58,361 nt of DNA from Candidatus Aegiribacteria sp. GTDB taxonomy: Bacteria; Fermentibacterota; Fermentibacteria; Fermentibacterales; JCC-6. The notes below the pieces were generated by a model. That model worked only from the letters and a program-made list of their open reading frames with translations, was not told the origin of the DNA and ran no database searches. Where the stretch lies: positions 1-58,361 of the forward strand of contig JAWOBF010000150.1 of NCBI GenBank assembly GCA_046498225.1, written 5' to 3'. A program made the translations under genes and the position numbers. Of this stretch, positions 29,049 through 38,874 are shown piece after piece; the stretch's first letter is position 1, and each line of letters opens with the position of its first letter.

Positions 29049-29855
29049 TCAATGGAGGTCCCCCACCTCCACGTGGGTGACCAGAGGAACCGCCTTTCCC
29101 AGAAATCTCTGTGCGATCTCCTGGAACTTCAACGGTATATCGCTCACGTAGAAACTGTTCTCACCTTCCCCGTCATCGGCTCTCATATCGCTGCCGTCCA
29201 GTATGGACGCCACCTCACCGGCTGTGGATTCGGCCGAGTCCACCAGTCCGATCCCGCTTCCAAGTATCCTCGCGAGGCTACCCTTGAGCAGGGGATAATG
29301 GGTGCATCCCAGCACCAGCGTATCGATACCCTCACTTATAAGAGGGGCGGTGTATTCCCTCAGAATGAGTTCGGTTATCCTGTGGTCCAGCCATCCCTCC
29401 TCCACAAGCGGCACCAGCAGGGGCGACGGCTGGGCCACCACCCTGCTAACGGGACCGCAGGCCCTCAGAGCCTTCTGATAGGCTCCGCTGGAGATGGTTC
29501 CCAGTGTTCCTATGACGCCCACGGCGCCGTTCCTGGTCATTGCGGCCGCCGTCCTTGCCCCCGGCTCTATAACCCCGACCACCGGCACGTCGGCGAACTC
29601 CCTGAGAGCGGGCAGGCTTACCGAGGAAGCGGTATTGCAGGCGACCACCAGAAGTTTTATGCCCTTCTCCAGGAGGAAACCGGCATCCTCGAGGGCGAAC
29701 CGTATCACCGTTTCCGGGGACTTGGAACCGTAGGGAACCCTGGCCGTATCCCCGAAGTAAACCACGGATTCCTTCGGAAGAAGGTCATTGACCGCCCTGA
29801 CCACCGTCAGTCCGCCGACGCCGGAATCGAATATGCCTATTCTGTTTGAGTTCAA
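29049..29855 (-). CDS. murI: Glutamate racemase
   Basis: IGIFDSGVGGLTV, GDTARVPYG, VACNTAS, LGCTHYP; TTG start overlapping the upstream stop. Confidence 0.95.
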   Translation of the reverse strand: MNSNRIGIFDSGVGGLTVVRAVNDLLPKESVVYFGDTARVPYGSKSPETVIRFALEDAGFLLEKGIKLLVVACNTASSVSLPALREFADVPVVGVIEPGARTAAAMTRNGAVGVIGTLGTISSGAYQKALRACGPVSRVVAQPSPLLVPLVEEGWLDHRITELILREYTAPLISEGIDTLVLGCTHYPLLKGSLARILGSGIGLVDSAESTAGEVASILDGSDMRADDGEGENSFYVSDIPLKFQEIAQRFLGKAVPLVTHVEVGDLH

Positions 29856-30463
29856 TTCCTGAAAACCCCTTCGATGCCTCTGATGGATATGCCCTCGGGG
29901 TAGGCCGACCTCAGGTTGCCGGCCACCAGGGGGAAGAGCCGTGTGAAGCAGATGAACCTGCTCTCTATGGTCCGCTTCAGCCCCTCCAGCTCCCGCTCCA
30001 CCGGCAGGTCGACATATATGGTGTCCAGCCTGGTGAATACGAAAACCATGCCCACGTCCTCCTCGTCCATGCCGGACTCCATCGCCCACTTCCTGACCAG
30101 GAAGAGAGCCTCCAGCGGCTTGTGCTCAACAGAGGGGGCTTCCGGAATGGAATCAACCATCGGCTGCGACGACCCGGCCACCCACAGTGAGCAGGGAGTA
30201 ACCTCCCATGACGCCTCCGGACCTTCGGGAAGTTCCTCTATCTCGGGAAGGACGACCCTGTCCTCCGGCGTGTAGAATACCTGGGGGGTTTCGACGGCCT
30301 GCGCTTCCTCCACCGCTGCATCCTCCTCCCGCTCCAGGCCCAGCGACTTGTTGAACATTTTAAGACCCAGCGAGATGATGAGGTAGCAGGCCAGTATCAT
30401 GCACACTACCACACCCAGGCGTATCAGCATCCACCTGTAATCGTCCCGCTCCAGCTTAAACAT
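29852..30463 (-). CDS. Membrane-anchored protein, divergent GerMN-like
   Basis: N-terminal TM; VFVF..DTIYVDL segment; occupies the usual GerMN position between amidase and murI (inference from synteny). Confidence 0.5.
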   Translation of the reverse strand: MFKLERDDYRWMLIRLGVVVCMILACYLIISLGLKMFNKSLGLEREEDAAVEEAQAVETPQVFYTPEDRVVLPEIEELPEGPEASWEVTPCSLWVAGSSQPMVDSIPEAPSVEHKPLEALFLVRKWAMESGMDEEDVGMVFVFTRLDTIYVDLPVERELEGLKRTIESRFICFTRLFPLVAGNLRSAYPEGISIRGIEGVFRN

Positions 30464-30475
30464 TCGTTTCCTCCA

Positions 30476-31630
30476 TTACTGCTGCTCCGTGAAAGCCAGG
30501 ATAGCATCTACAATAGCTTCCGCCGAGGCCAGACGGAAGTCCAGCGATCGAAGGAGGCGTTCCTCGAAGGGATTGGATATGAAGGCCAGCTCTACCAGGA
30601 CGGAGGGCATCAGAGCTCCCCTGAGAACGTAAAATCCCGCCTGCTTCACCCCTCTGCTGGCATTGCCGGGAAATCTTCTTTCCATGCTCTTCTGTATCTC
30701 CACCGCGAAGGAGCTGCTTCTCTCCAGGTATATGCTCTGGGCCATGTCCGCCAGAAGGAACGCCAGGGGATCCTCATAGTAGTCCGCCGCCCCGGGCTGA
30801 TAGTCGTCATCGAACTCGACCACGCTGTTCTCCATCATCTCCACCGCCCTGCTGTCGTCGTTCCTGGCCCTGGAGAGGAAGAAGGTCTCGAATCCCTGCG
30901 CAGAGGACCTGGTAGCGGCGTTGCAGTGAATGCTCACGAACAGGTCGGCCTTGTTGGCGTTGGCCATTCTGGTCCTCTCGGCCAGGGATCTGTAAACGTC
31001 GGTGGTCCTGGTCATGACTACCTTCAGGTCCGGGCATCGAACGTTGAGGATGTCCCGAACGAGAAGAGCCACCTCCAGGGTCCTGTCCTTCTCGAACGTC
31101 CCTGAGGGTCCCACCGCTCCGGGGTCTCTTCCCCCGTGGCCCGGGTCTATGACCACGCAGTCGAAATCGTCCAGCCACGGGGACTGCCTGCCGCTCTCCA
31201 GGACTGCCAGCATGGATGAATCGGCCATCCCCGGCCCGTATTCCGGGTAGTCCAGCTCTTCCGGCGGACCCTTCCAGGAGAGTTCCGGGTAGAACATCGG
31301 AACCTCGGCCCTGAGGAATACGAGCATCGTGAGACTGTCGGAGGACAGCGAGTAGTCCAGGGAATCGACGGCATCGGTGGCGGTGACCGTGAAACCGAGG
31401 GAATCGGAATGAAGTTCCCATACGTACACCCAGAAGGGCAGGCCGGCAGCCGGCATGGAAACCCCGGCGCCGGGCCTTACGCTCACACTGTAGCCGGTTA
31501 CCGAAACGCTGTCAGTCAGGGGCTGGTCGGAGGTGATTTCGAAAAGCACTCCGTCGAACCGCGGTATCACTCTTACCCAGGCTTCGGAACCGGCCAGCGC
31601 GACCATCAGCATCAGCAGACTAGCTGTCAT
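30476..31630 (-). CDS. N-acetylmuramoyl-L-alanine amidase (Amidase_3, AmiC-like)
   Basis: IDPGHGGRDPGA, EK, FVSIHCNA, GFETF, FYVLRGALMPSVLVELAFISN; signal peptide. Confidence 0.92.
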   Translation of the reverse strand: MTASLLMLMVALAGSEAWVRVIPRFDGVLFEITSDQPLTDSVSVTGYSVSVRPGAGVSMPAAGLPFWVYVWELHSDSLGFTVTATDAVDSLDYSLSSDSLTMLVFLRAEVPMFYPELSWKGPPEELDYPEYGPGMADSSMLAVLESGRQSPWLDDFDCVVIDPGHGGRDPGAVGPSGTFEKDRTLEVALLVRDILNVRCPDLKVVMTRTTDVYRSLAERTRMANANKADLFVSIHCNAATRSSAQGFETFFLSRARNDDSRAVEMMENSVVEFDDDYQPGAADYYEDPLAFLLADMAQSIYLERSSSFAVEIQKSMERRFPGNASRGVKQAGFYVLRGALMPSVLVELAFISNPFEERLLRSLDFRLASAEAIVDAILAFTEQQ

Positions 31631-32090
31631 TTCCCCTGGAGGCCCTTTTCAATTCGGTCTGTATCTTTCTTCGGCTGTCCCTCTCGGCGATGTCGCGCCG
31701 CTTGTCATACTTCTTCTTTCCCCTGCACAGGCCCAGCAGGAGCTTGGCCCTTCCCCCGGTCAGGTGGACGTCCAGCGGTATCAGAGTGTGCCCCTTGTCC
31801 GTCACCGACCTGCCCAGTCTTCGCAGCTGCCTTCTGTGAGCAAGGAGCTTCCTCTGGCGGTACGGTTCGTGGTTATCCCTTGCCTGAGGGTACTCCGCCA
31901 CGTGCATCTGATGGACCCACAGCTCTCCGGTATCGTCGAAGGCGGCGTAGGCCCCGCTCAGGCTCACTCTGCCCTCGCGGATGGATTTTATCTCGGAGCC
32001 CACCAGCACCAGCCCTACTTCCAGCGTATCGATTATCTCGTATTCGTGTCGGGCCTTTCGGTTCCTGGCAACTATCCTGTTCTCGCTCAT
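31620..32090 (-). CDS. smpB: SsrA-binding protein
   Basis: NRKARHEY, GLVLVGSEIKSIR, RKLLAH, GKKKYDKR. Confidence 0.96.
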   Translation of the reverse strand: MSENRIVARNRKARHEYEIIDTLEVGLVLVGSEIKSIREGRVSLSGAYAAFDDTGELWVHQMHVAEYPQARDNHEPYRQRKLLAHRRQLRRLGRSVTDKGHTLIPLDVHLTGGRAKLLLGLCRGKKKYDKRRDIAERDSRRKIQTELKRASRGNDS

Positions 32091-32151
32091 TCTCACTCCC
32101 TTTCCCGAATGGGAAATATACTTCAGGGGGCGGTGCCGGGTAACCTGAGTA

Positions 32152-32180
32152 TTGACTTTCCGGTGATTTCTTCCTAGAAT
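32152..32180 (+). promoter_or_regulatory. Sigma70 promoter for tRNA-Leu(CAG)
   Basis: TTGACT-17 bp-TAGAAT followed by a GC-rich discriminator CGCCGGGCG. Confidence 0.75.
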
Positions 32181-32195
32181 CGCCGGGCGAACAGA

Positions 32196-32284
32196 GCCGA
32201 AGTGGCGGAATAGGCAGACGCGCTAGGTTCAGGACCTAGTGAGGATTTTTCCTCGTGGGGGTTCAAGTCCCCCCTTCGGTACCA
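32196..32284 (+). tRNA. tRNA-Leu(CAG)
   Basis: GCCGAAG / CTTCGGT-A-CCA acceptor; CTAGG-TTCAGGA-CCTAG anticodon arm; long variable arm; GGTTCAAGTCC. Confidence 0.95.
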
Positions 32285-32288
32285 GGTC

Positions 32289-32312
32289 GGGGCATCCTTC
32301 CGGGGGTGCCCC
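32289..32312. terminator. Hairpin between convergent tRNA-Leu and rfbC
   Basis: GGGGCATCC...GGGTGCCCC stem; weak U-tract. Confidence 0.5.
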
Positions 32313-32318
32313 TTCCGC

Positions 32319-32834
32319 TTACCCGTTCCAGTCATGGGTCGGGTTCCTCATGTCCCTCGCGGAGAGGATGGGGTCCTCCAGGCCCCAGTCTATGTTCAGA
32401 CCGGGGTCGTCCCAGGCGATTCCGTACTCGTCGGAACCGTCGTAGTAGTTGTTCACCACGTATATCAGTATCACGTCCGTGATTGCCGCGAAACCGTGGG
32501 CGACTCCAGGAGGTATCAGCAGTCCCCGGGGGCCGTCCTCTTCCATCGGCAGGGCAAGGGAGGTCCCGCCGGTGGGGGAATCTTTCCTCAGGTCCGCCAG
32601 CCCCGCCCGCATCTTCCCTTCCACCGGAACCCACAGGTCCCACTGCTTTTCGTGATAGTGCATTCCCCTGAGAACGCCGGCGGCTGACCGGGAACAGTTG
32701 ACCTGGAGGCGGTTCCGAAAGACTCCCGGAAGCCACTCACGTCTGAAAGCCTCGAAGAAGCTTCCTCGACGGTCGGAGAATTCATCCAGTTCGAAAACGC
32801 GCACCCCTTCTATGCCGCAGCTCTCCATTCTCAA
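32319..32834 (-). CDS. rfbC: dTDP-4-dehydrorhamnose 3,5-epimerase family
   Basis: DRRGSFFE, QVNCSRS..GVLRGMHY, DLRKDSPT, LLIPPGVAHGF, GIAWDDP, LSARD; TTG start with GGAG RBS. Confidence 0.9.
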   Translation of the reverse strand: MRMESCGIEGVRVFELDEFSDRRGSFFEAFRREWLPGVFRNRLQVNCSRSAAGVLRGMHYHEKQWDLWVPVEGKMRAGLADLRKDSPTGGTSLALPMEEDGPRGLLIPPGVAHGFAAITDVILIYVVNNYYDGSDEYGIAWDDPGLNIDWGLEDPILSARDMRNPTHDWNG

Positions 32835-32912
32835 GGGTTCTCTCCTTCCGGTTGCGTGTAACATGCGGAAGATACTAGATTGAACCTCTAACATAAACAG
32901 AAGGGAAGCGAG

Positions 32913-33539
32913 TTGAACAACCGTCAGCGGATAGAAGTTCTGCTTCGTCGGCTTCCTGAAATGTATCCGGACGCAGGGTGCCTTCTGGAGTACGACGGAG
33001 ACCCGATGAAACTCCTCATATCGACGATTCTCTCCGCCCGGACCACTGACGAGGCGGTGAACAGGGTCGCGCCGAAGCTGTGGGAGCGCGTGGGCGATAT
33101 CAGGGGGCTGGCGGAAGCCGACAGGGAAGTGATAGAGGGAATAGTCCATCCCCTGGGCTTCTTCCGTTCCAAGGCCGGGTCTATCCGGAAGGCGGCCCGA
33201 TGGCTGGTCCGGGAAGGTTCGCTGCCGGGTAGCATTGAAGAACTCACGGCTATTTCCGGCGTTGGAAGGAAGACGGCAAATGTGATCCTCGGAGAGGTCT
33301 TCGGGAAACCGGCCATAATCGTGGATACACATGTAAAGAGGCTGTCCGGCAGGCTGGACCTGACCAGGGCAGGAGAACCGGACAAGATAGAAAGCAGGCT
33401 GAGAAGACTGGTCCCGAGGGAGTCGCAGACCTCTTTCAGCCACCAGCTGGGATTCCACGGCAGAAGGGTCTGCACCGCCAGAAGACCATCATGCGAAGAA
33501 TGCCGGCTGCGTGACATATGCCCCCGAAGGGGAGTTTAG
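32913..33539 (+). CDS. nth: Endonuclease III
   Basis: LSARTTD..VN, HhH GVGRKTANV, VDTHV, CTARRPSCEECRLRDIC Fe-S loop. Confidence 0.93.
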   Translation: MNNRQRIEVLLRRLPEMYPDAGCLLEYDGDPMKLLISTILSARTTDEAVNRVAPKLWERVGDIRGLAEADREVIEGIVHPLGFFRSKAGSIRKAARWLVREGSLPGSIEELTAISGVGRKTANVILGEVFGKPAIIVDTHVKRLSGRLDLTRAGEPDKIESRLRRLVPRESQTSFSHQLGFHGRRVCTARRPSCEECRLRDICPRRGV

Positions 33540-33563
33540 GCTCTCGCGGGGTAAGCTATGAAA

Positions 33564-33588
33564 GAAGGCCCGCCGGCGGCGGGCCTTC
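33564..33588. terminator. Intrinsic terminator between convergent genes
   Basis: GAAGGCCCGCC-GGC-GGCGGGCCTTC perfect 11-bp stem; TTT follows on the minus strand. Confidence 0.7.
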
Positions 33589-33608
33589 AAGCTGTGAGGG
33601 GCCTGTTT

Positions 33609-34226
33609 CTAGTCCAGGTCTCCCAGGTCGACCGGGAGATAGAGGCCGTCATCCCCTACCCACACTTCCCAGAAGGTGTAGGTGTCGCTGTCCTCGTCCT
33701 CGCACATTATGTCGTAGTAGTCGCCGCCTTCCACCCAGAAGGTGTATTCGTCGCCCGAATAGAGTATCTCGCTGCCCAGGCGGTCATCTCCCCAGCCGCT
33801 GTAGGATGAGGGGTTGGCGTAGATGAAATAGATGTCGTATCCGCCGGTGTCATTGTATATGGTCACCGGCGCGCTGCCGGAGACGGTCTCGGAACTGCCC
33901 ATGTCGTATTCGCCCAGGTCCGAAAGGGTGACGTTCCAGGTGTACGGGCCGTCAACGTCCACGTTCCATCTTACGTACTCGTCCTCGTCCTCGTCGATGA
34001 GACGGATGTCGTACACTCCGTCGGGAACGTTGAAGGAAACCGAACTGCCTGAGGACAGGATCTCGTCGGAATCCAGCCAGTCATCGCCCCAGTTGTCGTT
34101 GTTGGTAGGACTGATAAATATGTACCAGATGTCGTATCCGCCGGTATCGTTCACGATTCGTACGGTTCCGGCGGCCACAGACGCGAGAAGTCCCATCGCA
34201 GCAAGCAAAAGGAATGTTCTCTTCAT
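33609..34226 (-). CDS. Secreted acidic protein with two tandem ~90-aa domains
   Basis: Signal peptide; duplicated NDTGGYDI..I...P.....WGDD.L...IL.SG......V..G.YDI...DED.D.Y; AGGAGG RBS. Confidence 0.85.
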   Translation of the reverse strand: MKRTFLLLAAMGLLASVAAGTVRIVNDTGGYDIWYIFISPTNNDNWGDDWLDSDEILSSGSSVSFNVPDGVYDIRLIDEDEDEYVRWNVDVDGPYTWNVTLSDLGEYDMGSSETVSGSAPVTIYNDTGGYDIYFIYANPSSYSGWGDDRLGSEILYSGDEYTFWVEGGDYYDIMCEDEDSDTYTFWEVWVGDDGLYLPVDLGDLD

Positions 34227-34259
34227 TTCAACCTCCTATGTTTGAGAAATGCATTTTGA

Positions 34260-34289
34260 ATGCTACTGTATTGAAGCATATGCTGTCAA
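34260..34289 (-). promoter_or_regulatory. Sigma70 promoter for 33609-34226
   Basis: TTGACA-18 bp-TAGCAT. Confidence 0.55.
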
Positions 34290-34376
34290 TACCGCAGACG
34301 CATGACACGAACAATACGGTGTATTATCCTAGAATCAGCAGCAGCTGAAAGGTCTTATCGGACGGGAAGGTCGGCG

Positions 34377-37300
34377 ATGATCAGGTTATCGGTTCTCGCG
34401 GTTATTCTGGTTTCCGCAGTTCAGGGGGGCATCGTTGATGCCGATCTCTCGAGTGAACTGGACAGGAGCCTCGAACTGGTGCAGCTTCCCGGCGCGGTGG
34501 CGCCCTCAGTGGCCGGAGGATACGCGGGCGCGAGGGAAGGCTTCCCCATGCTTCCCCTCTTGCCTGTCCGTGTGGAGCTTCCTTCCGGTGAGAAACCCGT
34601 TGCGGTTTCCTGCTCGCCCCTGTGGGAGACGGTGGCCGCCGATTTATACGTGCCCCCCCTTCCCGCTCCGGCCCCCCTTGCGCTCCTTCAGGTGCCTGGA
34701 CTGACGGAGGAATCTGAGGAAGTCTACGGCTCCCGGGCCTTCTGGCCGGAGAAGGCGGCCGAACTCACCGGCTGGGGCTTCAGTGAGGGCCGTCCTCTGG
34801 CCCAGCTGCTGGTGAGCCCTCTCAGATGGAACCCCGGCACCGGGGAGCTTCAGCGGCTCACCTCGCTCCAGGTCTCCATCGAGACCGCACCGTCCTTCTC
34901 CTCCCCGCTTCCCCGGACCGATTCGGAGTTCAGCAGGATGCTGATAGTAACCGACCAGGCATTCCTGGTCCCATTCGGCCAGCTGGCCGACAGGAGGACC
35001 GCCGGGGGAATACTGACCGAGGTTGTGATCATCGACTCCGTATACGCCTCCGCCTCCGGAAGGGACGAAGCGGAGATGCTGAGGAACTACGTGAAGGACT
35101 ACAACACTTCGTACGGCCTCGATTACCTGCTGCTGGGAGGCGATACGGGGACCATTCCCTTCAGGAAGGCCTACGCCATGACCTGTGAGGCGGGATTCCA
35201 TCCCAGGGAGGACAGCCTTCCGTGCGACCATTACTTCGCGGACCTGGACGGCGACTGGGACGCCAACGGCAACAGCACCTTCGGCGAGATAGACGACGAG
35301 GTGGACCTCTACCCCGACATAATCGTGGGCAGGGCCCCGGTGGAGACACTGAGCGAGGCGGAGACCTTCGTGGCAAACATCGTCGCCTACGAGGACTGCC
35401 AGTATGAGGACCACTACCAGAGCGTGCTGTTCCTGGCGGAGATCCTCTGGTGGGACCCCTACACCAACTCCGGCGAGAGCAAGGACATGATAGAGGAGGA
35501 ATTCCTTCCCGGTTTCCTGGACGTGACCAAGCTGTACGAGGCACTGGGCAACGAGAACCCCACCACCACCATGGCCGCCCTGAACCAGGGGCAGAACTTC
35601 ATCAACCATGACGGCCACGCCTGGTACAGCTCCCTGGGAGTGGGCGAGGGCTACATTGTTTCCGATGACGTGGACGCCATAGACTCAGGTGGCAGGTTCG
35701 GAGCCTCCTTCTATTCCATAGGCTGCTGGAGCGCCGCCTTCGATTTCGACGCGATCGCCGAGCATTTTCTGACTAATCCCGACGGGGGTACTGTGGGATA
35801 CGTGGGCAATTCCAGCTACGGATGGGGCTCGCCGGGCAACCCGTGCTACGGCTACTCCGACGCCCTGGACCACCTGTTCCACGACCTGCTCTACAGCGAC
35901 TGGTCGCTGACCACGGGAGAGCTCCTGGCTCTGACCAAGGAGTACTTCATTCCCTACAGCCAGTGGGAGAATGTCTACAGGTGGCACCAGTACGACGTGA
36001 ACCTGCTGGGAGACCCCGCGCTGAGACCCTACAGGACCACCCCCGCCGCGCTCACGGTCGATTGCCCGGACATGGTCACCGTCAACACCGCCCACTTCCC
36101 GGTCCAGGTTTCGGGCGGCCCAGTGGACGGGCTCACAGTATGCCTCCGCGACCAGGGAAGCAACTGGCAGGTAACGGAGCTGGACGCCACCGGATACCAC
36201 TCCTTCCAGCTCCCCCAGCCTCCGTCCGGCTCCATTCAGGTAACCGTCACCGGGCCTGGGGTTAGAAGGACCGAGGTGAACGTGCCGGTGTCCTCCGGCC
36301 CCCAGCCGGTTCTGGCCGGGCTGGTCATAGACGATACCGGAGAGGACGGGATGCTCTCCCCCGGCGACTTCGCCCACCTGACCATGACCCTCATGAACCA
36401 GGGCACTGAAGAACTGACGGAAGTATCGCTCTACGCTACGCTGAATTCCGGCCCCGGAACCATTCTTGAACCTTCGATGATCTTTCCGGACCTCCCTCCC
36501 GGCTCTTCCTCCGTGGGCTCCGAACCCGTGGACGTTCAGATGGACAGCGCCGCGGTTAACGGCGACGTGATGGAACTGGAACTGGAGATTTCCTCGGCAC
36601 GGGGAAGCTGGACGCTGGACCTTTCACTGATGGTCTGCGCCCCGGGACTCTATTTCGCCACCTACAGCATAGACGACGACGCCGGGGGTAACGGCAACGG
36701 TATACCGGAGCCGGGGGAGACGGTGGACCTGACGACCTCCATAGCCAACCTCGGCCTTCTGGGCGCACCTGGAGTGGAAGTGGTCATGACCGGGTCCCCT
36801 CCGCATATCACCTGGCTTGCGGATTCGGCATTCGTTGATTCCATACCAGCCGACGGCACCGGTTCGGCCACCTTCACCTGCCAGCTTGACGGGACCATCC
36901 CCACTCCTTCATTCCCATGGCTGTACATGGACCTGACCTCACCCGACGCGGGCTACGCGTCTCAGGATTCGATGCGGCTTACCGTGGGAGAAACAGGCGT
37001 ATCCAACGACGTGGAATCGGGCCCGGCCGGATGGACCCACAGCGGGACGGGGGACCTGTGGAACATAACCGACACCGGGAGCCATTCTCCCTCCCATTCC
37101 TGGCACTGCGGTGACGAGGACGGCTACGACCCGAACATGAACTGCGGGCTCTATTCCCCTGAACTCACACTGGCCCCCGGCGCCGGGCTGAGCTTCTGGG
37201 CCAGCTTCGACGCGGCCATATACGGTTCGGACGGGATGTATGTCATACTGAACGATCTAACCGGGGGTTCCAGCGATACGCTGGATTTCATAGGGTCCGG

Positions 37301-37769
37301 CGGCGCGCTGGGCGGCGGATACAGGGGAACCGGTACCGGCTGGGCCCGCTGGGACTACGATCTCAGCGGGTGGGACGCCGGGAGCTGTGTACAGCTGGAG
37401 TTCAGGTTCGTCTCGGACGATGATTCCGACACCGGGGCGGGATTTTATATCGACGACATCTCGGTGGAAGGCGCCTACTCCGGCACCACCTCCATCGCCA
37501 CCGCTCCCGGACCCCTGCAGCCGGTGATGGGCAACCCCGCCCCGAATCCTGCGGGCAGCAGTTTCTCGGTAGCCCTGAACATACCCGGGACCGGCTCGTG
37601 GAACCTGTCCCTCTACGACATCGCCGGAAGGCTCGTCCTTACCGCGGAAGGAGAATCTCCCGCCTGCAGGGCTCTGGAAATGGATACCTCAGGCCTCTCT
37701 TCCGGGGTGTACTTCCTCAGGCTTTCAGGGTCGGCGGAGGCCGAAGGCAGGCTGGTAATCCTCAGGTGA
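34377..37769 (+). CDS. Gingipain-like C25 cysteine peptidase with Ig/adhesin-like domains and C-terminal sorting domain
   Basis: Propeptide, YLLLGGD, CDHYFADLDG, VGRAPV, INHDGH (His) and SIGCWS (Cys), NLLGDPAL; CTD PAPNP..LYDIAGRLV..LSSGVYFLRL; start at MIRLSVLAVIL. Confidence 0.88.
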   Translation: MIRLSVLAVILVSAVQGGIVDADLSSELDRSLELVQLPGAVAPSVAGGYAGAREGFPMLPLLPVRVELPSGEKPVAVSCSPLWETVAADLYVPPLPAPAPLALLQVPGLTEESEEVYGSRAFWPEKAAELTGWGFSEGRPLAQLLVSPLRWNPGTGELQRLTSLQVSIETAPSFSSPLPRTDSEFSRMLIVTDQAFLVPFGQLADRRTAGGILTEVVIIDSVYASASGRDEAEMLRNYVKDYNTSYGLDYLLLGGDTGTIPFRKAYAMTCEAGFHPREDSLPCDHYFADLDGDWDANGNSTFGEIDDEVDLYPDIIVGRAPVETLSEAETFVANIVAYEDCQYEDHYQSVLFLAEILWWDPYTNSGESKDMIEEEFLPGFLDVTKLYEALGNENPTTTMAALNQGQNFINHDGHAWYSSLGVGEGYIVSDDVDAIDSGGRFGASFYSIGCWSAAFDFDAIAEHFLTNPDGGTVGYVGNSSYGWGSPGNPCYGYSDALDHLFHDLLYSDWSLTTGELLALTKEYFIPYSQWENVYRWHQYDVNLLGDPALRPYRTTPAALTVDCPDMVTVNTAHFPVQVSGGPVDGLTVCLRDQGSNWQVTELDATGYHSFQLPQPPSGSIQVTVTGPGVRRTEVNVPVSSGPQPVLAGLVIDDTGEDGMLSPGDFAHLTMTLMNQGTEELTEVSLYATLNSGPGTILEPSMIFPDLPPGSSSVGSEPVDVQMDSAAVNGDVMELELEISSARGSWTLDLSLMVCAPGLYFATYSIDDDAGGNGNGIPEPGETVDLTTSIANLGLLGAPGVEVVMTGSPPHITWLADSAFVDSIPADGTGSATFTCQLDGTIPTPSFPWLYMDLTSPDAGYASQDSMRLTVGETGVSNDVESGPAGWTHSGTGDLWNITDTGSHSPSHSWHCGDEDGYDPNMNCGLYSPELTLAPGAGLSFWASFDAAIYGSDGMYVILNDLTGGSSDTLDFIGSGGALGGGYRGTGTGWARWDYDLSGWDAGSCVQLEFRFVSDDDSDTGAGFYIDDISVEGAYSGTTSIATAPGPLQPVMGNPAPNPAGSSFSVALNIPGTGSWNLSLYDIAGRLVLTAEGESPACRALEMDTSGLSSGVYFLRLSGSAEAEGRLVILR

Positions 37770-37849
37770 CCCGCTGTCTGCCGGGAATCCTGCGCAACAG
37801 CTTCCAGCGGATGCTATGGAGCATTCGAGAAGCCGAGCGGGTGTAACAG

Positions 37850-38851
37850 GTGCCGGGATCGTTTCTAGAGGGACTTTATACTTCGTTCGATGTCATAGGG
37901 CAGATGGCCCTTCTGGTTCTGCTGGGATTCCTCATGGTCCGGCGGAAGTGGATCCGGGACGAAACGCTTTCAGACCTGGTCAGGTTTCTGGTTGACGTTG
38001 TCATACCATGCACCTTCGTCCTCGCCATGGCCCGTTCCTTTTCGATGGAGATACTGGGGGAGGGGCTTGTCCTGGTCCTCTTCTCCAGCTCCTGGATAGT
38101 TCTTTCCTGGGCGGCGGGGACGCTTCTCTACAGGATCCTGCCCGGTGGCGACCCGCGCTCCGACCGCTCCGTTGTTGCGATGATGATGATATCGAACAGT
38201 ATCTACCTTCCCCTTCCTGTCATCCTTGCCATAACCCCTGAGCATATGCACGATCAGGCCATTATGTACATCTCCATGATCTCCTTTCCGTCCATAGTAT
38301 TCATGTGGACCCTGGGCGTGAAGCTGCTGGGAAACGCTGCGGCTCTGACAACGGGCGAAAGGCTGAAGAGGGTCTTCAACCCTCCTATCGTTTCATTCCT
38401 GTTCGGAATAGCGATAAGCTTCATACCGGGTGTTCGGGAATCCGCAAAAGGTCTGGAAGGCGGCATAGCCCCGATCGAGACCCTTATGTCGGTATTGGAG
38501 TTCGTGAGCCGAATGCTCTCTCCCATGGCCATGATAATACTGGGAGGTTTGATAGCGGGAGCGGGCAGCATTCGAAAAACACCCTCCAGGTACGTCGTGC
38601 CTCTTGTTCTGCTCAGACTGCTCGCCGTTCCCGCCGCGGTGTACGTGGTTGCCGCAAACCTGTCCATCCAACCCCTGGCGGCCACTATACTGCTGCTGGT
38701 CTCAGCAGCGCCTCCGGCCACCAACCACGCTCTCATCGCAAGAAGGTACGGCGGAAAATGGGAACTGGTGTCCGCCCTTCAACTGGCGGCGCATCTTGCC
38801 GCCCTGCTGACTCTTCCGTTCTGGCTGAGCCTTGCCCTTAACAGCTTCTGA
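37850..38851 (+). CDS. AEC (auxin efflux carrier) family transporter
   Basis: About 10 TM helices; SNSIYLPLP, NPP, SPMAMIILG, LLRLLAVP, APPATN. Confidence 0.85.
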   Translation: MPGSFLEGLYTSFDVIGQMALLVLLGFLMVRRKWIRDETLSDLVRFLVDVVIPCTFVLAMARSFSMEILGEGLVLVLFSSSWIVLSWAAGTLLYRILPGGDPRSDRSVVAMMMISNSIYLPLPVILAITPEHMHDQAIMYISMISFPSIVFMWTLGVKLLGNAAALTTGERLKRVFNPPIVSFLFGIAISFIPGVRESAKGLEGGIAPIETLMSVLEFVSRMLSPMAMIILGGLIAGAGSIRKTPSRYVVPLVLLRLLAVPAAVYVVAANLSIQPLAATILLLVSAAPPATNHALIARRYGGKWELVSALQLAAHLAALLTLPFWLSLALNSF

Positions 38852-38874
38852 CGGCAAATAACGGAAGCGACCCG

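Noticed and set aside
31620..32200. tmRNA (ssrA) next to smpB
   Set aside because: The adjacent RNA gene is a complete tRNA-Leu(CAG); no tmRNA termini or tag frame seen
24553..32312. Genomic island integrated at either tRNA-Leu
   Set aside because: No integrase, no duplicated tRNA 3' end noticed, and flanking genes are housekeeping
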